The notes under the pieces: generated by a model
What the model was told of the DNA's origin: nothing
Databases searched by the model: none
Seen by the model: the letters and a program-made list of their open reading frames with translations, nothing else
Program-made: the position numbers and the translations under genes
DNA from: Malacoraja senta
Lineage: Eukaryota
Length of the DNA: 64,000 bases
NCBI GenBank assembly: GCA_038087875.1
Contig: CM075978.1
Coordinates: 169,632,001-169,696,000 of the forward strand
Reading direction: 5' to 3'
Part shown: piece after piece, positions 37,491-51,305 of the stretch
Layout: each line of letters begins with the position of its first letter
Position numbering within the stretch: the first letter of the stretch is position 1

Positions 37491-38884
37491 TACAATTATG
37501 TACAACATCAATGTGGAACATAGGGACATCCCTTCCCTATAACACTGTCCATGTGATGTCATTCCCAAAAGCTGGCAAAACTTGATCAAAAACTATCTAA
37601 TAACACATGACACATGAAATCAGCTGCCATCTTATGACACTCTTGATAGACCCCACATAACTAACACGTACTCAAACACTGTTTGATACAAGGAATATAA
37701 TCAATAGACATGAAGGGCAAATTGCTCGTGATTAACCCCAATCTAACCCCAATAAATTAGCGGTCCAAAGTAGCCAGGCCTTACACAGTACATTTAGAGC
37801 AGAGATGGACAGTGAAACCTTTCTGCTTTAGAAGTGGCAATGAATCTGTCAACAAGGAGGCTTCTACTGTTCAAATTTGTAATGCTCATGAGCTTGTGGA
37901 AAAACTGAAATACTTGAGGACTTTTGATGCCAGCCCCCATGGCTGAAGTCTTTACGCTAACCCTCTCTGTAGCTTAGTTTCCAAATACAGCATGGAAACA
38001 GGCCCTTCATCCCTCTGAGTCCATGCTGACCGTCCATCACCCATTCACACTAGTTCTATGTTGTTCCATTTTCTCATCCACTCCCATCAGACTAGGGGCA
38101 ATTCACGGACGCCAATTAACCTACGAACAGGCCAATTAACCTACAAATTTGTACGTCTTTGGGATGTGGGAGAAATCCGTGGTTAGATACAAGTGCACAC
38201 TATCAAGGATCACTGCCCCATCAAATTCAGTTGACCTAATTAGATTGAGCAAATGAGGATTGTCGCTTGTGCCATGCAATCGGAATCAACGTATTTCAGA
38301 TTATACACACAAGCCAGTGCACAGAAGACTCCTTGTTGACTGTTCCAGTACCACTACATATCTTGTTCTATAAATGTTGATACTAATTAACACTCAGCAT
38401 TGGAGATGCCTCACAAATGAAGACTTCTTATGATGAAAGATATGTATCTCCCTAAAGTGCCTATATTATTTTGATCCCACAGATTAAAAAAGTAACTCCT
38501 TACTTGAAGAAATCAATCTTTAATAATCATCACTACTGACTTCTAAAGGAGTCACCCAGTCCATAGCAAGAGTTATTTATAAATTCTGGCAAACGCATGG
38601 TAGGAGTCCACTGAAATACTCAATCAAGCATTGACTGAGTAATTCACAGTACGTTAGCACTGCCACCATCATCGAAGCTGCTTTCTATAACCCTCACCCC
38701 TTTCAGGACTGCCTGAACTTTCTGATAACAAGCATTTACAATCTGTGCTCTCGCACATAGTTAGTAATAACAGTGGGAATGAAGAGTTTGACCTGTCAGT
38801 TCATCCTCTCTTCCAGGAGGAATATTACTGAATGGTGATTTACAAAGAACTGAGATGGTTTAGCCATGATCCAGATTTGTGCTG

Positions 38885-39435
<551 letters not shown>

Positions 39436-40696
39436 CTACCCATCTGCACAATGGGATTTTGTGTAACCGACCACATCTGCGTTCTTCTCATTTATTACCA
39501 GTGACATACAAATTTAGCTGCATCATTTCTCGCTGTCACTCATTCCTGAAATTCATTCAATCATACAGGGGAATGTAACTGAGCATTCAGACTTAATGTT
39601 TGAACCAAGCAGGTGCAACATAACCAAGGCAACATCGTTCATTTAGATTTTACTTTAGGTTTCAGAGATACAGCATGGACATAGGTCCTTGGGCCCACCG
39701 AATCCACACTGACCAGCAATCACCCTGTACACTATCCTACACACCAGGGGCAATTTACAATTTTACCGAAGCCAAATGAACCTAGAAATCTGTATGTCTT
39801 TGAAGTGCGGGAGGACACCGAAGCACCCAGCGAAAACCCACGCGGTCACAGGGAGAAGGTACAAACTCCATACTGACAGCACCCGCAGTCAGGATTGAAC
39901 CCGGGTCTCTAGTGCCGTGAGGCAGCAACCATACTGCTATGCCACTGTGCTGTCCTGTGCCTTCCTCTTCCAATGTTTGTAGCTGTATATTTTTCTCTCC
40001 CTGGAAATGGAAATTAAATGTCCTCCATTGCTGCTTCATGACAACTGATGTAAAGTATTTCGACCCTAATGGTATTTCATTCCAGACCAACAAATCAGCA
40101 GAGGCCAGGAATCAAATTTAGAACATTTTGGGGATCAGTGTGACTTCACTTGACAATGAAGAGAGACATTGTGACTTGAGAGCTGCTGAAGTGGTTTATT
40201 AACTCTGCTTTTGTAGAGTTTAGAGCCAAGGATAAACCATGAGGCTTAATTGACCATGAATGATCTCAACCTCAACTGGACTACATATACTGTTTCTCCC
40301 CATTTGTTTATATGTTAAATCAGTAGAATTCTGGCCTTGACAGGAAAGCAACAATTTACTAATATCAACAGTTTTTTTTTAATTTAGAGGGGAAGGGGGT
40401 AGTTAGCAAGTTTCAAATGTCTGTCTGACTTTAATTTTTAGATTATATTTTGTTATTCTTAACGCCCGACCAGGAAAATAAGTGTCTATGTGTTTCACCA
40501 ATTGGGAACTTTCACCACTGTAAAAATAAAATGCTAAATGACTAATAATTCCTGGAATTAATCTCAAGGGCAGGTTCTATGAGCATTTGGATATACAAGG
40601 ACGGTCTAGGGAATGTCCACATAAATTTGTATGTGGGAAATCGTGTCTCACAGATCTGTGTGACGTTTTTGAAAATGTTACCAAAACAATTGATCA

Positions 40697-41010
40697 GGGC
40701 ACAGTGGCGCAGCAGTAGAGTTGGTGCCTTACAACGCCAGAGACTCGGGTTTGATCCAGACTACAGGTGCTGCCTGTATGCAGTTTGTATGTTCTCCCCG
40801 TGACCGCGTGGGTTTTCACTGGGTGCTCCAGTTTCTTCTCAGCCTTCAAAGGCGTACAGGTTTGTAGATTAATTGGCTTCGGTTAAATTATAAATTGTCG
40901 CCAGTGTGTAGGATAGTGCTAGTGTACGGGGTGTCCCTGGTCGGCATGGACTCTTGTGGGTCGAAGGGCTAATTTCCAAACTGTATCTCAAAAGTAAAGT
41001 CTAAAAGTCT
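40697..41010 (+). mobile_element. HE1/V-SINE
   Basis: Head, V core and tail are all recognisable. Confidence 0.85.
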
Positions 41011-41767
41011 AAATGGTGGCCGATTAGGAAAAGGGGAGATGCAACGAGACCTGGGTGTCATGGTACACCAGTCATTGAAAGTAGGCATGCAGGTGCAGCA
41101 GGCAGTGAAGAAAGCGAATGGTATGTTAGCATTCATAGCAAAAGGATTTGAGTATAGGAGCAGGGAGGTTCTACTGCAGTTGTACAGGGTCTTGGTGAGA
41201 CCACACCTGGAGTATTGCGTACAGTTTTGGTCTCCAAATCTGAGGAAAGACATTCTTGCCATAGAGGGAGTACAGAGAAGGTTCACCAGACTGATTCCTG
41301 GGATGTCAGGAATTTCATATGAAGAAAGACTGGATAGACTCGGCTTGTACTCGCTAGAATTTAGAAGATTGAGGGGGGATCTTATAGAAACTTACAAAAT
41401 TCTTAAGGGGTTGGACAGGCTAGATTCAGGAAGATTGTTCCCGATGTTGGGGAAGTCCAGGACAAGGGGTCACAGTTTAAGGATAAAAGGGAAATCCTTT
41501 AGGACCGAGATGAGAAAAACATTTTTCACACAGTGGTGAATCTCTGGAACTCTCTGCCACAGATGGTAGTTGAGGCCAGTTCATTGGCTATATTTAAGAG
41601 GGAGTTAGATGTGGCCCTTGTGACTAAAGGGATCAGGGGGTATGGAGAGAAGGCAGGTACAGGATACTGAGTTGGATGATCAACCATGATCATATTGAAT
41701 GGCGGTGCAGGCTCGAAGGGCCGAATGGCCTACTCCTGCACCTATTTTCTATGTTTCTATGTTTCTA
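41011..41767 (+). mobile_element. Young 5'-truncated CR1 LINE
   Basis: Uninterrupted 166-aa ORF2 C-terminus (RDLGV...[19 protein letters not shown]...RRLRGDLIETYKIL); (TTTCTATG)n tail. Confidence 0.95.
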
Positions 41768-42764
41768 AGGGCAATGGATGCTTTCTGCAAGGCCTTTGAC
41801 AAGGTCTGGAGGCTAGTCTAGAAGGTTAGATTTCAAGGGATCCAGAGAGAGCAAGCTAATTCGAAACATAATTGGCTTCATGGTAGGAAGTAGAGCTGGT
41901 GGTGGAAGGTTGTTTATTGAACTTGAGGCCTGAGACGAGCATTGTGTCAAAAGGATTGGTGCTGGGCCTATAACTCGCTATAGGGTCTCCATAGGGTGTT
42001 ATGTTACCCTATAGATAAGTCCTGTTATGGGAAATCAGAAATAGTAGGTGATAAGCAGCTCTGTGGAAATTTAAGGATATTATACTCTGTAAAGGGAATA
42101 GTCAACATTTTTTTTTAAAGGACGGCAAGCTTACATTAAGCAATGTCTCATGGAGATTACAAAACCAGACAATATGCTGAAGCAGAAAAAATATAAAATT
42201 CAAAACAGTGGTGAGATGTTTGGGACAGGACCACAAGAAGTACATTGCCTGGTATTTCTTGGGAGTCTTGCATGGTGCATTTTGTATTCCCATTTGTCAA
42301 GAAAAACAGTTAACAGGACAAAAAATACATCTATTTATACATCACATTTATGGGGCATTACAGCATACGTACTGAATCAGTATGTCAGAGAGTCTACGTT
42401 AATAGGCCAGTTACACAAGTTCAAATCTCACCATGGCAACTTGAGAATTCAAATTCAGTTAATTCAGCAGCAGTGACACAAATGTCATTAGCTTCTTGTA
42501 AAAAAAATATCAGGTTCGGTAGTATCTTTCAGGGATGGAAAACCTGCTGTCCTTATCAGGTCTGCTGTATTTGCAAGTTAAGATTATTGCAGAAACAGGG
42601 AACTGCAGATGTTGGTTTACTAATGAAAGCCACAAAATGCTGGAGTAACTCAGCAGGTCAGGCAGCATCCCAGGAGAACATGGATAGATGACGTTTCGGG
42701 TCAGGAGCCTTCTTCATTCTCGAAGTGTCACCTATCTGTGTTCTCCAAAGATGCTGCCTGATCC

Positions 42765-43347
42765 ATAGAAACATAGAAAATAGGTGCAGGAGGAGGCCAT
42801 TCGGCCACTTCGAGCCAACACCGTCATTCATTGTGATCATAGCTGATCGTCCCCTATCAATAACCCGTGCCTGCCTTCGCCCCGTATCCCTTGACTCCAC
42901 TAGCCCCTAGAGCTCTATCTAACTCTCTCTTAAATCCATCCAGTGACTTGGCCTCCACTGCCCTCTGTGGCAGGGAATTCCATAAATTCACAACTCTCTG
43001 GGTGAAAACGTTTTTTCTCACCTCAGTCTTAAATTACCTCCCCTTTATTCTAAGACTGTGGCCCCTGGTTCTGGACTCGCGCAACATTGGGAACATTATT
43101 CCTGCATCTAGCTGGTCCAGTACATTTATAATTTTATATGTTTCCATAAGATCCCCCCTCATCTTTCTAAACTCCAGTGATTACAAGCCTAGTCTTTTCA
43201 ATCTTTCCTCACATGACAGTCCCACCATCCCAGGGATCAATCTCGTGAACCTATGCTGCACTGCCTCAATCACAAGGATGTCCTTCCTCAAATTAGGAGA
43301 CCAAAACTGTACACAATACTCCAGATGTGGTCTCATCAGAGCCCTAT
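42765..43347 (-). mobile_element. CR1 LINE 3' fragment inserted in a Penelope-derived unit
   Basis: CATAGAAA tail on the plus strand; host sequence GATGCTGCCTGA...CCCGCTGAG resumes after it. Confidence 0.9.
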
Positions 43348-43579
43348 GACCCGCTGAGTTAGGCCAGCATTTTGTGTATTTTCAAAAGATTACTGCAATA
43401 TAGGTGACTTGTAACCACAATTATTGAACCAAGTATATATTTGTGACCACGTTATCCACAAAGGAACATAGAAAAGTCTATTTTTCTATCATTTATTGCC
43501 CCTTCCATAATATGATAAATTTTACAACCCTCATGCATTCATTTTCTGAATCTGTCATAAATGGAGCAACATGAGTGGG

Positions 43580-43882
43580 CCACACACTCATCTCCCTACT
43601 ACCTTCAGGTAGAAGGTACAGGAGCCTGAAGACTGCAACGACCAGGTTCAGGAACAGCTACTTCCCCACAGCCATCAGGCTATTAAACCTGGCTCGGACA
43701 TAACACTGAACTTTATTAGCCAATACTGTTATTTGCACTTTATCAGTATATTGACCATTGTGTATATATTTATAGAATGCTTTGTAGTAAATGCCTACTA
43801 TGTTCTGTTGTGCTCAAGCAAAGCAAGAATTTCATTGTCCTACCAGGGACACATGACAATAAACTCACTTGACTTGACTTGA
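43580..43882 (+). mobile_element. Rex1/Babar-like LINE 3' fragment
   Basis: LLPSGRRYRSLKTATTRFRNSYFPTAIRLLN; tail GACAATAAA..(CTTGA)n. Confidence 0.85.
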
Positions 43883-46800
43883 ACATAACTAGTGTGAAAT
43901 TATGAGATACAAGGGATTACTGATGGTTATAGAAAATGGCTTCTGCACTACGCACAGCCCAGAGTTCAAAGGAGCACTGTGAGAGATTGACGGATGCTCT
44001 GGCTATTAGCATTCTGCTGCAGAACTTTTATGATATTGTTCTACAGGACCAATAGGAAATTTCGAGCAGAAATATTCACTGTTCAGCTGTTCCCTTTCCT
44101 CAGATGTGGAACTTGAACTACATTTTAAAATTTGAAAACCTAAAATAACTTTTGTTTGTTGAAAATTAGGACTAAAATGTATTTCTATATTACACAGAAC
44201 AGTACAGCACAGGAACAATGTTTGTGTCGAACATGATGCCAAGTTGAAGTGATCTCATCTGCAGTATCAGGCAGCAAAATGCCTTATCACCAGGGGAAAT
44301 AAATCAGGTGGGCAGTGTTACTTCAAAAGGCATTGAATCATGCAAGCTTTCTCCTTTGCCCTAATAACCACTATCATCAGCAGAAAGCAGTCCCAACTGT
44401 ACACATCCTGACTACATGATGTAAAATGTACATTTCAAGGACATACTGCACATCTTGATTCAGACACCATCTGTAATTTTCAATGTGTTGCTACCTATAA
44501 ACATCTCCAGCCTGCGAGCCATGCAGTTTATAGTGAGATGATTAATGCACCAGGTTTAATGAATAAAGGCAACAAAGCCGTCACCATATGTAGTCGACAC
44601 CAGGAAAAGGGGCAGCAGTCTTTGTCTATCGGCTTGCACAGAGACCGATTTTAGTTTAGAGATACAGCGCGGAAACAGGCCCTTCGAGCCCACCAAGTCC
44701 GCACCGACCAGAGATCCCCACACATTAACATTATCCTACACACACTGAGGACAATTTTACATTTGTACCAAGCCATTTAACCTATAAACCTGTACGTCTT
44801 TGGAGTGTGGAAGGAAATCGAAGATCTCGGGGAAAACCCATGCAGTTCATGGGGAGAATGTACAAACTCCGTGCAGCACCAGAGACCCAGGTTCGATTCT
44901 GACCTACAATGCTATCTGTGTGCTGTTTGCATGTTCTCCCTGTGACTATGTGGCTTTCCTCCAGGTGTTCTGGGTTTCCTCTCACATCCCAAAGACATGT
45001 GAGGTTGTAGGTTAATTTACCTCTGAGTAGGGAGTGGAGGAGAAAGTGGGATAACATAGAAATAGTGTGAATGGGTGATCGATGGTCGACGTGGACTCGG
45101 TGGGCCAAAGGGCCTGTTTCCATGTTGTCTTTCAATCAATCAAAAAACATTAGCCACATGGCCACCACCCATGATCAAACATGCCAGAAATTTCTGCTCT
45201 GGGTCCAAATATTAGCAAAAAGTATTCTGCCAATAATTTTAATAGACTGTAGGAATCTGATTTTTAGATAGTTAATTCACTTAAGTTTCTGGAGTGTTAT
45301 TTACATTTCTAACCGTTTTGTAAGTATAACAAGGTCAAGGATCTCTGAACATGGCTGCACAGGTCGATTAGGTGGTGAAGAAGTCATATGGGATACTTGG
45401 GCTTCATTGAACAAGGCGGGGAATAAGAGACTAGGAATTTTATGGTATATTTTTATGAAAAATTGTTATGGCTATAGTTGGAATACTGTGTGTAGATTGG
45501 CTGCTACATTTTCAGGGTGTGATTGCATTGCAGAGATTAAACAGTCGGTTGCCTAGACTGGATAGTCTAGGTTTACTTTCCTTGAAGCAAAATAGACCGA
45601 TTGTGAACCTGATAAAGGTATACAAAATTGTGAGGGCTAGAGATAAGATAGCAGTAAGAAACTTCCCCCTGGAGCCGAGGTGTCTAAAACCAGAGGGTTA
45701 TAGGTGTAAGGATCTTGGGAAGAATTGTTTTCACTCGGAGGGTCATTGGAGTTCTGGAACACACTGCTTGAGAAGGTGATGCAAGAATGTCGCACAACAT
45801 TTAAATACCATCTGGATGAGCAATTAAATCATCAAGGCATTGAAGGTTTCAGGCTGAGTGCTGGAAAATGGCATTGGTTAGTGATAGTTATTTGATGATA
45901 AGTATAATCCTTGTTTCATATGACTATTATACGTCTATAAAATTATAAGGGGCAGTGAGTGATAGGATAGGTAGTCAGAATCTTTTTCCAGGGTGGAAAT
46001 GTCCAACACTAGAGGGCGTAGCTATAAAGTGAGAATGGGAAAGTTGAATGGGAATGTGCGGTGCAAGTTTTTTATATTGAGAGTGGTGGGGGGCACAGAA
46101 CGCATTGCCAGGGGTGGTGATGGAGGCAGATATGACAGTGGTGTGTAAGTGGCTTTTAGATAGCCACATGGTAGTGCAGGGTATAGAGGGATATGGATCA
46201 TGTGCAGGCAGATGAGATCAATTTAACTTAACATCATGTTCAGCACATACATTGTGGCCCAAGCGGTCCGTTCCTGTGCTGTACTGTTTTATGTTCTCCA
46301 TGTTCTAAGGGACTTGTTTGAGGGCTGCATGACTCGATTAGATTAGCGTTTTCACCATTTAAAAAATAAATTTCAAGTGTATTCTTCCCAGTTACCAGGA
46401 GAAAGCTGCTTCTAAATAATAATTGGAAAACCTATCACACCTAACCCATGATTCAAATCCACCAGGGCATCTGAAAAAAACTTGTGATCCAATGGAAAAT
46501 AGTCTCCAGCACATAACATTCCTCACCAATTTAATATGCACATATATAACGACATATAATCATAGGACTGACTTATGTAATTTAATTTCTGAGAAGATTT
46601 AAACCACAACTATCCAAATCATCTTTATGGGATTACATGCTGATTTGTATTCACTCCTGAGTAGTTCGAGAATGTAATACTTTATATCTGAAATGTTCTG
46701 TTAACATTTCTCAGCTGTATCGTCCTCAAGTTAAAAATCTAATCATGTTATTAATGTGGATTATTTTAACAATACACTCTATTCAAATGTCTAAACACAT

Positions 46801-46994
46801 ATTAGCCTGAATAGCATGTTGGTCATTGTATGTCAGAACACATCCTGCACGTAAAGATCTAATTTTTCTTTGATATTAATTATACATTAAGAATTATCGA
46901 ACACTTGCTCATCTTCCTCCATTAATCAATTTACATAACAAAGCCTCTTCAAATTAGAGAAAACTCAGCCTGATTGCTTCCTGTTCTGTAAACA

Positions 46995-47540
46995 ATGATT
47001 CTTGGAAGAGCAAAAAAATAAACCGCTGGTGGAACTCAGCGCAACATCTATGGAGAGAAATTGACAGACAGCGTTTTGAGTCTGGTTCCTTCTTCAAGGC
47101 TGGTATAGAGGGAAGATGGATGGTGGGAACATATGAGAAGGGGTGGGGCAAGAAATTGATAGAGCCAGGTAAGGAGGTGTTGACTAGCAGATGACTCAGG
47201 TGGGGGCAAGAAGGGTAGGGAGTCGCAAAGGTTGGAGATGGTGCAGAAGGCAGCAGAAGGTGGAAGAGGAGGGGAAAGGAAATGGGAGCTGGGGAAGTGG
47301 AAGGAAAGTTGTGTGAGGGGACTTGGGGAGATCAGGTCAGTGAAAGAGGGGAGGGTTAAGTGAAATTGGAGAATTCATTGTTCATACCTTTGTGTTATAG
47401 ATTACCAAAGAGGAATATGAGGCACTTCTTCCAGTTTGCATGTGGCCTCACTCCAGCAATGGAGGAGGCCCAGACAGACAGATCCATATGAGAATGTGAA
47501 AGGGAATGGAAGTAGCTTGCGACTGGGAGCTCCAGCTGGT
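46995..47540 (-). mobile_element. Penelope-like element: endonuclease-domain C-terminus and 3' repeat
   Basis: Frameshifted minus-strand translation ELPVASYFHSLSHSHMDLSV/GLLHCWSEATCKLEE/LIFLFGNL*HKGMNNEFSNF resembles the Penelope GIY-YIG region end. A degenerate hammerhead unit follows near 47070-47100. Confidence 0.85.
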
Positions 47541-48527
47541 TCAAGCTCTTAATCAGGAATTTCTCTAGTTACATTGACAACACTCAGACTTGATGTACTG
47601 CTTTTGTTTTGAGCCATGAACTGAAAGGATAGTTTGCATTTTCAAACTATGGAACTTCTCATAGTAAGTCAATAACTTGAAGCATTAATCAGTATCTCCA
47701 TTCACAGATACTGCTTAATCCACTGAGTACTTCTAGCAATTTGGGTTTTATTTTAGCTTTCCAGGAGTCGCAGTATGTTAACTTTACTTAATGGTTTTAG
47801 TTTAGTTTTAGTCTTAGACATACAGCGTGGAAAAAGGCCCTACGACCCACCAAATCCACGCCGACCAGGAATCACCCTGTGCACTAGCACTATCCAACAC
47901 ACAAGGACAATTTACAATAACCCATTAACCTACATATAGGCAGTGGGCCGAGGAGCTTTATTCCAGTGTTTCGTGACCCAAGTCACCGAACTACATTAAA
48001 TTTTCACATATTGTGTAAAAATATTATATAAATCACCCCTGAAACTCGTCGAGAACAAGACTTGCACATTTTTTATTAAATTAAAGAAAAACCGATCAAA
48101 GCACGTTTAACATTGAGTTGTATGCCAGTTGGCCAATCACGTGCTTTGTTTCAGGCTAGCTAGGCAGGGAGCACACAACATGGCTGAGAGGACTTCACTA
48201 ATGCCTGTTTTACTGGAGATTCCGATGAAGGTTCTTTCTAGTTCTGTGGAATACATGTCGTGGAAACTTGCAGCGGGGTAATTGAATTTAGTGAGAAAAG
48301 CATTAAGAAGTCTGAAGAATGTGCAGCTAAGTGGATAGAAGTGGAAGTCTTGAAAGCAAAGTCGCTGCTGAGATGCTGCAACACCAAGTTGTGAAACCAG
48401 TCAAACTTTGTGAATCAACGAACTGAAAGGTAAGATCTAAAGTCTGAATTTATGAAAATTAATCTGTATGGACTTTAATTAATTTAATTGCACCCTTTAT
48501 GTGAAAAAATGAGATTTGGAGGCTGTA

Positions 48528-48690
48528 CATTCACTCATTCATTCACTAATTCATTCACTCATTGACTCATTCATTGACTCATTCATTGACTCATTCATTC
48601 ACCCATTCATTCATTCGATCATTCATTCACTCATTCATTCCCTCATTCACTCACTCATTCATTCACTCATTCCCTTATTCACTCATTCAT
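48528..48690. repeat. (TCAT/TCAC)n simple repeat inside the TIR element
   Basis: Read directly from the sequence. Confidence 0.9.
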
Positions 48691-49469
48691 AAAGTTGAGG
48701 GCCTAAACTATGTGTATCCATAACAAAGTAAATTAAACATTTTCACTAATGCCATCTTGTTGTAGTGTAATAAGTCTTTAACATCTAATCTCGGAGCTGC
48801 CTGCGATCACTTACCGAGTACAAGTGCTCCGATCGCGGGGCCTATGTACTTAACATAGTGAAGCCGTGGTCTCAATTAAGAAGCGGCCGATTCGCGAACG
48901 CGGAGCCGCGGAGTGTGTTTGGATCATCACCGCGGGCTGGGGGGGGGGGGGCTGTACATAGTGCCGTCCACTACGGCCGTTTCTAGGCCCCGACCACTGG
49001 AGAAAAACGGAGGAATATTCATTGCACTTTATAGGCTGCCATTGGAGTGAGAAATGGTCAGAAATGGCTGATGTTTATGTAGAAATGAATAGGTATATGT
49101 GAACTTGAACTTGAACTAATTTATCTATGGTAGTAACAGTGTTATTCTCATTAACATTAAGACGAGGTTGACATTTTATGAATTGAAGTCCATGCAGACT
49201 TAATGACTATGAGATGGTTTTTTTTGTAGCCTCTGCCTAACCCTCCACTTGAACTTGAACTAACTTATCAATGGACTTATCAAAACTTATCAAAAGACTT
49301 GGAATCTGATGAAGAATATTCAGATGAAGATCAGATGTAATGTAAACAAATAAATTGGGGAAATAAATGATTATATAAAGTTTTATTTTAGTGTCGATCG
49401 TTTCACTGTTTATTTAGTCAAATTATTTAAACAATGAGTTTAATGGCGTGCTGGTGGATGACAGTGCAA

Positions 49470-49770
49470 CAGTCCACCCACCCATCCACACATACATACA
49501 CACATCCACACACACATCCATCCATACGCACACTTCCATGCATGCACACACACACACATACATGCACACATACATCCGCACACACACACATCCATCCGCA
49601 AGCAGACATACATGTACACATCCATGCACACACATACATCCACACACATACATCCACACACATACATCCACATATACATCAACACATCCATCCATCCACA
49701 CATACATACACACTTACATCCACACATCCACAGATACACGTTTGACAGGTATACACAGACACACACACAA
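49470..49770. repeat. CA/CATC-rich compound microsatellite inside the TIR element
   Basis: Read directly; source of the HT/CV-rich spurious ORFs. Confidence 0.9.
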
Positions 49771-51151
49771 ACTACAGATACTCAAACAATGCAACACTTT
49801 TAGGGTTATTTTAGGTTAAAGGTAATAGCCCTCATTTGCAAAGGCACCATCTAACATAAATATAGGCTCATTGTAGCTTAAAATGAATACTGATCGAGTA
49901 AACATCAGAGCATTCGATTCTTGGTCAGGATGTGACATTTACATCAGAAATAAGACAGGTCTCTTACAGGTCTGCCACCCAGCCTGGCACTGCCCCAGTC
50001 CCACTATGGCTGTTCCCCCCCATTCTCCCCACGATGGCAGTCAGTGGGGTTCAGTAAACGTGGGAACCCAGAGGATCTGTCCTGGCCCTTTAATTAGGCA
50101 GGTTCATGAGCCCTTAAAACCTGGGACCTCTGCTGCAGTCTCATTACATTTCCTATTAGAGCGACTGGAAGATGCCTTACAGGACTGTCCCCCAGCCTGG
50201 AACTGCCCCAGTCCCACTATGGCCGTGACCCCCACTCTGCACACTGGCAGTCAGTGGGGTTCAGTAAAGGAAGGAACCCAGGGAAGGGAAGACGGGAAAA
50301 ACTGCCCTCACCCATTAATTAGGCTGGTTCAGCAGGACCTCTGCGACAGTGTCATTAAAAAAACACTCACAATTATATTCATATTATTTTTATATAATAT
50401 AATTATACTTAATTATATATGATTACAGTCATATTTACAAGTTATATATATATATATATATATTGGTATAATAATATATAGTTTAAATGGACTGCAACAC
50501 GGAAATCGGCTGCCCATGGTGTAATATGGGCATTGGCCACTAGATGACGCTTACTTTCCCGATCTCATTTTCTAATTAGTTTAATTGATTAATGTGCAAC
50601 GTTTGGCACCGACGAGTTATGACTTCCTTCTCAATTATATTTCATCTAAATCTGTGGAAAATTTCATGTAGTTCTGTGACTTGGGTCACGAAAACTGATT
50701 TCTAGACACATTTTTGATGCTCGGCCCACAGCCTAAAACCTGTACGTCTTTGGAATGTGGGAGGAAACCGGAACACCCGGAGAAAACCCACGCGGTCACA
50801 GGGAGAATGTACATACTCCGTCAGTCAGCGCCCGTAGTCAGGATCGAACCCGGGTGTCTGATGCTGTAAGGCAGCAACACTACCGCTGCACCACCGTGCC
50901 GCCCCTGGTAGTCTATCCTGGTGTACTTACATATCTTTAAACAATTCAAATACAAAGACAAATAAATTGTACTTCTACAACCAAGGAGCCTCTCAGGGAT
51001 TAAAAGGCACACTGTCCATCATCTATCCATCCATTATAACTGATGGTAAAACAGAGGGCACCGAACCTGTGAATCCCTTTGGCCAACGGTAATACCGTCC
51101 CATTGTAATAACTTAGATCATGCTTACACTCTCTAAGTACTCATACATTAC

Positions 51152-51305
51152 CTGCATGGATCTGACTGTGAGCAGTACATGAATCTCATTGTTTTTTATC
51201 AACAGAGGCACAAGCACTGAAGCTCTGGGAAGGGCCAAGTCTGAGTATCTATTTCCTATATCATGTGCCTTCAGGGCATATTTGGCCTTATCTTTAATGG
51301 ATATT
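51152..51305 (-). CDS. NUDT7: NUDT7 coding exon 2 (154 nt, phase 2-0); not in the ORF track
   Basis: Acceptor ttttgttttcattAG|A, then ISIKDKAKYALKAHDIGNRYSDLALPRASVLVPLLIKNNEIHVLLTVRSMQ|GTAATG. Joins the Nudix-box exon in frame to complete the LLTxRSxxL...GEVCFPGG CoA-binding motif. Confidence 0.94.

Larger units (their letters stand above)
47937..50735. mobile_element. 2.8-kb non-autonomous TIR DNA transposon, Academ-like, inserted in an HE1 SINE in NUDT7 intron 2
   Basis: TIRs TAGGCAGTGGGCCGAG and CTCGGCCCACAGCCTA; subterminal inverted block TTTCGTGACCCAAGTCACCGAACTACA; 3-bp TSD ATA/AAA restores the SINE sequence AACCTAC-AAA-CCTGTACG. Superfamily inferred only from the termini and TSD length. 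Confidence 0.8.

Noticed and set aside
41039-41539. 166-aa ORF as a host gene
   Set aside because: It is the C-terminus of CR1 ORF2 in a 5'-truncated copy.
49423-49819. His/Thr- and Cys/Val-rich ORFs
   Set aside because: They are translations of a CA-rich microsatellite.
49883-50422. 179-aa ORF with an internal repeat
   Set aside because: It lies in the duplicated interior of a TIR element, has no recognisable domain and ends in low-complexity AT sequence.
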